Under the pieces are notes generated by a model. That model ran no database searches, was not told where the DNA came from, and worked only from the letters and a program-made list of their open reading frames with translations. DNA of 64,000 nucleotides from contig JBAVYM010000007.1 of the NCBI GenBank assembly GCA_049698775.1, positions 17,657-81,656 of the forward strand, written 5' to 3'. This DNA is from Gammaproteobacteria bacterium (GTDB taxonomy: Bacteria; Pseudomonadota; Gammaproteobacteria; Natronospirales; REEB76). Both the position numbers and the translations under genes were made by a program. Shown one piece after another: positions 57,516 through 64,000 of the stretch; positions within the stretch are counted from its first letter, which is position 1; the number at the start of each line of letters is the position of its first letter.

Positions 57516-57736
57516 TTATCCACCTAGTCTCTTATTAAGGTTAGAAAGAAGATACCTAAAATCTGTAATAATAACTATTACCGTGAAATGAACTTTTGTT
57601 GTAATTTTACATTATAATTCAATGGCTTATAGAATATTAAACCTGTTGGATAGCGGTCTGGAAACTATGAGCCTGCTGTTTGTGGAGTGGGGATGGTTTC
57701 TGACTCCGGCATTCCGTTACAGCTTATCCACAGCCA
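57516..57736. other. candidate replication origin element (AT-rich unwinding region plus DnaA boxes) in the dnaA-dnaN spacer
   Basis: 221-bp spacer with a core of about 115 bp (57525..57640) that is strongly AT-rich. TTATCCACA at 57724..57732, TTATCCACC at 57516..57524, and TGTTGGATA (complement TATCCAACA) at 57644..57652. Confidence 0.6.
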
Positions 57737-59062
57737 TTACCCGGTCAGGGTTCTGGTCAGGGTTTGGTAATCTTCCTCTAACCGCGGGTTCAGGCTCCGG
57801 AGTTCCTGTACCTTGCGGCAGGCATGCAATACCGTCGTGTGATCCCGCCCGCCAAAGGCGTCGCCTATTTCAGGCAGACTGTGTGAGGTGAGTCCTTTGG
57901 CCAAACTCATTGCTACCTGGCGCGGCCGGGCGATCGAGCGGCTGCGTTTTTTGGATAGCATATCGCCCACGCGCACATGGAAGTAATCGGCAACGGTTTT
58001 CTGGATGTTATCCAAGGTCACCAACCGCTCCTGCCTTGCCAGGATATCCTTGAGCCACTCCCGGGTATTTTCCAAAGTCACCGCTTGACCTGTGAATTGG
58101 GCATTGGCGGCCACCCGCCGCAGGGCGCCTTCCAGTTCGCGGATGTTGGAGCTGACCCGCTGTGCAATGAAGAATGCAACGTCGCTCGGTAAAGCGACAT
58201 TTTCCCCGGCAGCTTTTTTCATAAGGATGGCCACGCGGGTCTCCAGCTCCGGCGGTTCGATGGGGACTGTCAGGCCCCAACCGAAGCGGGATTTCAGCCG
58301 TTCCTCCAGTCCCTCGACCTCTTTTGGATAGCGGTCGCAGGTCAGGATCACCTGCTGTTGACCTTCCAGTAAGGCATTGAAAGTATGGAAGAATTCCTCC
58401 TGGGAGCGTTCCTTGCCCACAAAGAATTGGATGTCATCAATGAGCAGGGCATCAAGGGTGCGATATTGGCGTTTGAACTCATTAATGGTGTTGTGCTGCA
58501 AGGCTCGCACCATATCGTTCACGAAACGCTCGGAATGCACGTAGGCCACGCGCGCTTGGGGATTGCGCTGCTGGATCAGTTGGCCGATGCTGTGCATCAG
58601 ATGGGTTTTACCCAGGCCCACCCCCCCATAGATAAATAACGGGTTGTAGGCACGGCCGGGGTTTTCCGCCACTTGGCGTGCGGCGGCAAGCGCAAATTGA
58701 TTGGATTTGCCCTCTACGAAGGTCTCGAAACTGTAGAGGGAATTGAGGCCGCTGCCGGGCGTGAGTACCGCCGCCCCGCCGCTTGTTGCCGGGCTGCCAA
58801 TAGCCGGGGGTGGTTCCTCGCGACCGGTTCCCACCTCCAACAGTACGCGGCGTTCCCGGTCTTCAGCCAAATCCCGGGCCAGTTTGGATATCCGTTGCAG
58901 GAAACGGTCACGCACCCAATCCATGACAAACCGGTTGGGCGCCAACAGGCGCAGGGTATGGGCGTCTTCTTGGGCGTGCAGGGGGCGGATCCAGGTGTTG
59001 AGCTCCTGCTCTGAGAGCTCGTGTTCCAAATGATCCATACACCGCGTCCACAGCGATGGCAT
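57737..59062 (-). CDS. dnaA: chromosomal replication initiator protein DnaA
   Basis: 441 aa with [10 protein letters not shown] Walker A and a domain IV HTH ([36 protein letters not shown]). Confidence 0.98.
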   Translation of the reverse strand: MPSLWTRCMDHLEHELSEQELNTWIRPLHAQEDAHTLRLLAPNRFVMDWVRDRFLQRISKLARDLAEDRERRVLLEVGTGREEPPPAIGSPATSGGAAVLTPGSGLNSLYSFETFVEGKSNQFALAAARQVAENPGRAYNPLFIYGGVGLGKTHLMHSIGQLIQQRNPQARVAYVHSERFVNDMVRALQHNTINEFKRQYRTLDALLIDDIQFFVGKERSQEEFFHTFNALLEGQQQVILTCDRYPKEVEGLEERLKSRFGWGLTVPIEPPELETRVAILMKKAAGENVALPSDVAFFIAQRVSSNIRELEGALRRVAANAQFTGQAVTLENTREWLKDILARQERLVTLDNIQKTVADYFHVRVGDMLSKKRSRSIARPRQVAMSLAKGLTSHSLPEIGDAFGGRDHTTVLHACRKVQELRSLNPRLEEDYQTLTRTLTG

Positions 59063-59166
59063 GCCTAAACCCCCGGCGCTTCACAATTACGGTTGATTCA
59101 GTCGGATTCGGCAGCGCTGCAGGCGGTGCTCGAAGAGAGCGGGGAGTCTATACCGGATTTTAATAG

Positions 59167-59175
59167 TTATCCACA
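59167..59175 (+). promoter_or_regulatory. consensus DnaA box TTATCCACA in the dnaA-rpmH spacer
   Basis: Exact 9-mer. A TGTTGGATA variant box follows at 59199..59207. Confidence 0.6.
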
Positions 59176-59207
59176 GGCCGGAAGGCGGCGAAACAGCTTG
59201 TTGGATA

Positions 59208-59236
59208 TTGACAGCCGCTCGATGCGCACGTCTAAT
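59208..59236 (+). promoter_or_regulatory. sigma70-type promoter for rpmH (TTGACA-N17-TCTAAT)
   Basis: TTGACA at 59208..59213 and TCTAAT at 59231..59236 (TAATAT two nt further). About 50 nt upstream of the rpmH ATG. Confidence 0.5.
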
Positions 59237-59287
59237 ATCGCGCTTTTGCCCGCGCGCCTTGGCGCGGTAGCAAACCGGAAATCCAGT

Positions 59288-59422
59288 ATGAAAAGAACCT
59301 ATCAGCCCAGCAATCTGCACCGGAAGCGCACCCATGGTTTCCGTGCGCGCATGGCCACCAAACGCGGCCGTCAGGTGCTCAGTGCCCGCCGCGCCAAGGG
59401 CCGGGCAAGCCTCTGCCCCTGA
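59288..59422 (+). CDS. rpmH: 50S ribosomal protein L34
   Basis: [39 protein letters not shown], 44 aa. Confidence 0.97.
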   Translation: MKRTYQPSNLHRKRTHGFRARMATKRGRQVLSARRAKGRASLCP

Positions 59423-59499
59423 GTTCGTCCCAGAGGGGTTTTCCTCTCGAAGCGCGGCTGCGGACACCAGCGGATTTCAGCCGTGTCTTCAAAAACGGG

Positions 59500-59784
59500 G
59501 TGAGAACCGCGGATGCCTGCTTTCGGGCGCATGCCTGTCCCAACCAAGGGATGGAAGCGCGCCTCGGCATAACCGTGGCGCGCACGGTGGTGTCCAGTGC
59601 GGTCGTTCGCAACCGCATCAAACGCCAGATACGGGAAAGTTTTCGCCATAATTGGGCAAGGCTTCCGGCCCTGGACATCGTGATGCAGGCCAAACCCCCG
59701 GCCGCCGTCGCCAGCAATCAGGTAATACGCAGCAGTCTGGAACAGCATTGGCGGGAATTGATAAAGCGATGCGCAACCTCCTGA
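59500..59784 (+). CDS. rnpA: ribonuclease P protein component (true start probably upstream, near 59419-59458)
   Basis: RNR-type motif [11 protein letters not shown]. The first GTG is at 59500, but the in-frame upstream sequence encodes FPLEARLRTPADFSRVFKNG, the conserved RnpA N-terminal motif. Confidence 0.8.
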   Translation: MRTADACFRAHACPNQGMEARLGITVARTVVSSAVVRNRIKRQIRESFRHNWARLPALDIVMQAKPPAAVASNQVIRSSLEQHWRELIKRCATS

Positions 59785-59999
59785 TTTTCCTCATCCGCGG
59801 TTATCGTTATTTTGTAAGCCCGCTGCTCGGGCCGCACTGCCGCTTCGAGCCGTCCTGCTCAGCCTATGCCATGCAGGCTATCCGGCGCTTCGGCGCGCTC
59901 TGCGGTACCGGGCTCGCAGTTCTGCGCCTGCTGCGCTGCCATCCCTTGCACTCCGGTGGCTTTGATCCTGTGCCCGATGTGAAACATCGCCATGGATAA
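59769..59999 (+). CDS. yidD: membrane protein insertion efficiency factor YidD
   Basis: [27 protein letters not shown] signature. Start at ATG 59769. Confidence 0.9.
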   Translation: MRNLLIFLIRGYRYFVSPLLGPHCRFEPSCSAYAMQAIRRFGALCGTGLAVLRLLRCHPLHSGGFDPVPDVKHRHG

Positions 60000-61728
60000 C
60001 CGCAGGCTGATTCTGTTCGCCGCGCTGATTTTCATCGCCTTTCTGATTTATCAGGCGTGGATGCAGGACTACGGGCCGAAAACGCCGCCACCCACGGCAC
60101 AAACCAGCACCCGCCCCGCAAACACTCTCACGGCTTCCACCGCGACCGCGGAGATTCCCACCGCGCCCAGCGCCACACCCTCGCAGACGGCCGCCGGCAC
60201 GGTGGCGAGCGCGGAAAAATCAACAGCTTCTGCCGCATTGCCCGCCGGCCAGAAAATCCACGTGCGCACGGATGTACTGGATGTGATCATCAATACCGCC
60301 GGTGGCGACATCCAGCAGGCGGAATTGCTGAAATACCCGGCTGAGCTGAAACAGCCTGAGCTGGTCAAAGTACTCAATAACAACGATACGGACCTGCTGA
60401 TCGCCCAATCCGGATTGCAAACCCACTCCGGTCCCATTGGCCCTACGCATCAAGCGCTGTACCAGGCGGATCAATCCCGGTATGTCCTGGCACCGGATCA
60501 ACAAATCCTTACCGTGGCGCTCACCTGGACAGACCAGCAGGGTTTGGAGGTGCAGAAGACCTATACCTTTACCCGCGGCAGTTATCAAATCGGCTTGGGC
60601 TACGTGGTCCACAACCAGTCCCCCAAACCTTGGAGCGGCGCGCAGTACGTGCAGTTTGAAAATCATTACGTGCAGGAAAGCCACAGCCTGTTCAGTGTGC
60701 AGCGCTACGACTATCAGCGCGTGGCCATGCACGACAACGACGGCTACCACCAATATGAGTTCAAGGATCTGGCGGAAAAACCGTTGAATATCACCGCACA
60801 GGGCGGTTGGACGGCGGTGGTGAATCATTATTTTCTGGCCGCGGTGATCCCCACAGACCGGCTTGCTTCACAAGACAAGGCCACGAAACCACCGGAGAAT
60901 CTGTACTACACCCGGGCGCTCGGGAACGAACATTATCTTGTCGGTACTATCACCGCGTTGAAGACCGTGGCGCCCGGCGCCAGCGCCGATTTCGCGGATA
61001 AATTCTTTATCGGCCCGAAACTGCAAACCCATCTCGCGCAAGTCGCGCCGGGCCTCGAACTCACCGTGGACTATGGCAAGCTCACCATCATTGCCGAACC
61101 GATTTTCAAGCTGCTGAATTTCATCCACAGCTTCATCGGCAACTGGGGCTGGTCTATCCTGGTGCTCACGCTGCTATTCAAGCTGGTGTTCTACCCGCTG
61201 AACCAGATCAGCGGCCGTTCCATGGCGAAGATGCGGCGCGTGCAGCCGCGTCTGAAGGCACTGCAGGAGCGCTACAAGGATGAAAAACAGAAGCTCGGCC
61301 AGGCCACCATGGAGTTTTATAAGAAAGAGAAGATCAACCCCATGGGCGGCTGCCTGCCGATGCTGGTGCAAATGCCAATCTTCTTTGCGCTCTATTACGT
61401 GCTGGTGTACAGCGTGGAACTGCGCCAATCGCCGTGGCTCGGCTGGATTCATGACTTGTCGGCGCCGGACCCCTATTACATCTTGCCCGTGCTCTATGGC
61501 GTGGTGATGTTCATCCAGCAACGTATCAGCCCGCAGCCCACCACCGACAAGATGCAGCAGCGCATCATGATGATCATGCCGCTGGGCATTGCGGTGTTGT
61601 ACGCGGTGTTGCCGTCGGGGTTGGCGATTTACTATGTGGCGAATTCAATTCTTACCATCGTCCAGCAATGGCGTATCAATCATGTGGTGGGCATGGATAA
61701 CCGCAAGCACGCGGCCAACGAGAAATGA
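59992..61728 (+). CDS. yidC: membrane protein insertase YidC
   Basis: 578 aa with N-terminal TM segment, large periplasmic domain, and a conserved C-terminal five-TM core ([16 protein letters not shown]). Confidence 0.95.
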   Translation: MDNRRLILFAALIFIAFLIYQAWMQDYGPKTPPPTAQTSTRPANTLTASTATAEIPTAPSATPSQTAAGTVASAEKSTASAALPAGQKIHVRTDVLDVIINTAGGDIQQAELLKYPAELKQPELVKVLNNNDTDLLIAQSGLQTHSGPIGPTHQALYQADQSRYVLAPDQQILTVALTWTDQQGLEVQKTYTFTRGSYQIGLGYVVHNQSPKPWSGAQYVQFENHYVQESHSLFSVQRYDYQRVAMHDNDGYHQYEFKDLAEKPLNITAQGGWTAVVNHYFLAAVIPTDRLASQDKATKPPENLYYTRALGNEHYLVGTITALKTVAPGASADFADKFFIGPKLQTHLAQVAPGLELTVDYGKLTIIAEPIFKLLNFIHSFIGNWGWSILVLTLLFKLVFYPLNQISGRSMAKMRRVQPRLKALQERYKDEKQKLGQATMEFYKKEKINPMGGCLPMLVQMPIFFALYYVLVYSVELRQSPWLGWIHDLSAPDPYYILPVLYGVVMFIQQRISPQPTTDKMQQRIMMIMPLGIAVLYAVLPSGLAIYYVANSILTIVQQWRINHVVGMDNRKHAANEK

Positions 61729-61743
61729 CGACGGCGGTATTTG

Positions 61744-62964
61744 TTATTGCTTCAGCCGCGTTTTAATCACAACTTCTGATTCCAGCGTCTGATGCACTGG
61801 GCAGCGGTCGGCGATTTCCAGCAGTCTCTGTTTTTGCTCCGCGCTCAGCGCACCCGTGAGTTCAATCTCACGCTTGAACTGGTCAATTTTGCCAACCTTG
61901 GTTTCACACTCGGCACAGTCTTGCGCGTGAATCTTGTCGTGCGTGAGGCGCACACTGACCGCTTCCAGCGGCCATTGCTTGCGATCCGCGTACATACGCA
62001 GGGTGATGGCGGTGCAGGCGCCGAGCGCGCTGGTGAGCAGGCCGTAAGGCGACGGGCCGGTATCCGTGCCGCCCACATTCACGGGCTCGTCCGCGACCAG
62101 CAGGTGTTCACCGGCATACACCTCGGTGCGGTAATGATCCTGGTTGATGCGCACCACCACCTCACCTTCTGCCGCAGGACTCGCCGGCAGCTTCACACCC
62201 AGCTCGCCCAGGTATTTCGTGGCCCAGGCCGCCAGTAGCAGACCCACGTATTCGGAATCGGTCGGGCGCGACAGTAGATGATCGGCACCAAACAGCGACA
62301 CGAAACTCTTGGGATGCAGCGCGGCGGCAAAAATCAACCCCGCGTTGCTGATGTCCACTGTTTCGTCGGTAGGAGAATGGAAGATCAGCAGCGGTTTGCG
62401 CAGACTACGAATGTTCCGTTGCCAGTGCTGGTTTTTGAGATCGTCCAGGAAGGCTTTCTTGAAATGGAACTTGCGCCCCGCCAGCATCACGTCCGTTTCA
62501 CCTTGCTGCTCGATCACCTGACGCGCCGCGCCCAGCAGATTCGCCACATGCTCCGGATTCGCGGGTGCCGCGACCGTTGCCACGGCGACGCAGCTTTCGA
62601 TTTGGTGAGCCGCTTCCAGTGCCGCTGTGCCTCCCAGTGAATGTCCCACCAATATCTTGGGAGCAGCGTACTGTTGTTCCAGAAATTTTGCCGCCTGCAC
62701 CAGGTCGGAAATGTTGGTAGAGAGCGTGGTGTCGGCGAATACGCCCTGACTTTCGCCCAGGCCGGTGAAATCGAAGCGCAGTACCGCAATGTTCTGCCTA
62801 CACAGGGCGCGGCAGATATCCACGGCGGCGCGCACGTCCTTGCCGCAGGTGAAACAGTGGGCGTAGAGCGCGTAGGCGCGCGGTTTGCCGTGGGCGGGCA
62901 TTTCGAGCCGGCCGGCCAATTGCTGGCCAGCCGCGTTGGGGAATTTCACGGGTTCGCCGGACAT
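61744..62964 (-). CDS. alpha/beta hydrolase fused to OsmC-family peroxiredoxin-like domain
   Basis: N-terminal half has GHSLGG nucleophile elbow. C-terminal half has OsmC motifs (LGACTAITL, CPVHQTL). Start at ATG 62964; the rest of ORF 61744..63654 is antisense to mnmE. Confidence 0.75.
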   Translation of the reverse strand: MSGEPVKFPNAAGQQLAGRLEMPAHGKPRAYALYAHCFTCGKDVRAAVDICRALCRQNIAVLRFDFTGLGESQGVFADTTLSTNISDLVQAAKFLEQQYAAPKILVGHSLGGTAALEAAHQIESCVAVATVAAPANPEHVANLLGAARQVIEQQGETDVMLAGRKFHFKKAFLDDLKNQHWQRNIRSLRKPLLIFHSPTDETVDISNAGLIFAAALHPKSFVSLFGADHLLSRPTDSEYVGLLLAAWATKYLGELGVKLPASPAAEGEVVVRINQDHYRTEVYAGEHLLVADEPVNVGGTDTGPSPYGLLTSALGACTAITLRMYADRKQWPLEAVSVRLTHDKIHAQDCAECETKVGKIDQFKREIELTGALSAEQKQRLLEIADRCPVHQTLESEVVIKTRLKQ

Positions 62965-63019
62965 ATTTTCCTGCCTTGGCTTGCGGTTATGATGAAGCGG
63001 AACTTGGACTGATTTTCCC

Positions 63020-64000
63020 ATGAAATCCGCCGTATCGCCCGCAACCGACACCATCGCCGCCATCGCCACGCCTACGGGCCACGGCGGCATCGGCATCGTG
63101 CGCGTGTCCGGCCCCGGCGTTCGTGTTATTGCCAAAGCGCTGCTCGGCCAGATACCACCGGCGCGACAGGCGACATTGCGCACGTTCAGCGATGCAAGCG
63201 GTACACAACTGGATGCTGGCCTCGCGCTGTTTTTCTCCGCGCCAAATTCGTTCACCGGCGAGGACGTGCTGGAACTGCACGGCCACGGCGGACCGATGGT
63301 TCTGTCGCTGTTGCTCAAGCGCGTCTGCGAACTGGGCGCGCGCTTGGCGCGGCCGGGGGAATTTTCCGAGCGCGCGTTCTTGAACGACAAGCTGGACCTG
63401 GCCCAAGCCGAAGCCATCGCGGATCTCATAGACAGCGGCAGCGAACAGGCGGCGCGCGCCGCCGTGCGCTCGCTGCGCGGCGAGTTTTCGACGCGGGTGC
63501 GCGAACTGGTGGAAGCGCTGATTGGCTTGCGGATGTATGTCGAGGCGGCGATTGATTTTCCCGACGAGGAACTGGATTTTCTGAGCGACGGTAAAGTTGC
63601 CGCACGGCTTGACGCCATTCGCGCACGCTTCGAATCACTGAGCGCGGCCGCCACTCAGGGCAGTTTGTTGCGTGAAGGCCTGACCATGGTGATCGCAGGT
63701 CGGCCGAATGCCGGCAAATCCAGTCTCCTGAACCGGCTCGCCGGCCACGACGCCGCCATCGTCACGGAAATCCCCGGTACCACTCGCGATGTCTTGCGCG
63801 AACAGATCAATCTGGATGGTCTGCCGCTGCACGTGATTGATACCGCCGGCCTGCGCGAGAGCGGCGACGCGGTGGAGCAGGAAGGTGTGCGCCGCGCCTG
63901 GGACGCGATCCGTTCCGCCGACCGGGTGCTTCTGGTGGTGGACGATGTTCAGGGGTTTTGCACCGACGATCAACGTATTCTTGAGCAGTTTCCGCCGAAG
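63020..64000 (+). CDS. mnmE: tRNA uridine-5-carboxymethylaminomethyl modification GTPase (3' end outside window)
   Basis: My own translation from ATG 63020: [31 protein letters not shown]...[12 protein letters not shown]...DTAGLR. Open to the window edge, so absent from the ORF track. Confidence 0.93.
   Translation, partial: MKSAVSPATDTIAAIATPTGHGGIGIVRVSGPGVRVIAKALLGQIPPARQATLRTFSDASGTQLDAGLALFFSAPNSFTGEDVLELHGHGGPMVLSLLLKRVCELGARLARPGEFSERAFLNDKLDLAQAEAIADLIDSGSEQAARAAVRSLRGEFSTRVRELVEALIGLRMYVEAAIDFPDEELDFLSDGKVAARLDAIRARFESLSAAATQGSLLREGLTMVIAGRPNAGKSSLLNRLAGHDAAIVTEIPGTTRDVLREQINLDGLPLHVIDTAGLRESGDAVEQEGVRRAWDAIRSADRVLLVVDDVQGFCTDDQRILEQFPPK

Noticed and set aside
62965-63654. 230-aa N-terminal extension of ORF 61744..63654
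   Set aside because: The extension is S/R/A-rich, antisense to mnmE, and crosses the mnmE promoter region. The hydrolase homology begins at ATG 62964.

Overview
GC-rich (about 60% by eye) proteobacterial chromosome segment with gammaproteobacteria-like gene order, almost fully coding and mostly core housekeeping. Left to right: cca (partial), a MidA-type methyltransferase, a pteridine reductase, folK-folB, tsaD, and the rpsU-yqeY-dnaG-rpoD operon. Next come an intron-containing tRNA-Ile2, hutD/tetR, rlmJ, a GT39 membrane transferase, an EamA transporter, tatCBA, a HisA-like gene, dtd-pip, a LOG-family gene, uvrD, yibQ-ctpA-envC, rhodanese-grxC-secB-gpsA, trmL and a class-1-type pyrD. A roughly 10-kb accessory block follows (33.3-43.4 kb): a Csu/SCPU-type chaperone-usher pilus operon plus a NarL-type two-component system. 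After that come ntrC-ntrB-DUF4124, glnA, glyQS, gmhB and a plsC-like gene. The window ends in the replication-origin neighbourhood: gyrB-recF-dnaN-dnaA diverging from rpmH-rnpA-yidD-yidC, then an alpha/beta-hydrolase-OsmC fusion and mnmE (partial). No transposase, integrase, CRISPR array or rRNA was seen. Most notable observations: (1) a tRNA-Ile(CAU) gene split by a 236-nt ORF-less group I intron just 3' of the anticodon. (2) An unannotated plus-strand RNA candidate convergent with glnA: five consecutive hairpins, the last four with CCCC-containing loops, ending in an intrinsic terminator. (3) A consensus sigma54 promoter in front of the pilus operon, although the island holds only a decayed relic of an enhancer-binding protein. 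(4) A sharply AT-rich dnaA-dnaN spacer with DnaA boxes, plus a second box cluster in the rpmH-dnaA spacer. (5) rnpA has no ATG/GTG/TTG upstream of its conserved N-terminal motif. (6) A second orphan terminator with a single-stranded CACCUCC motif upstream of it. All family assignments come from reading motifs by eye and from memory of homologues; no search was run.
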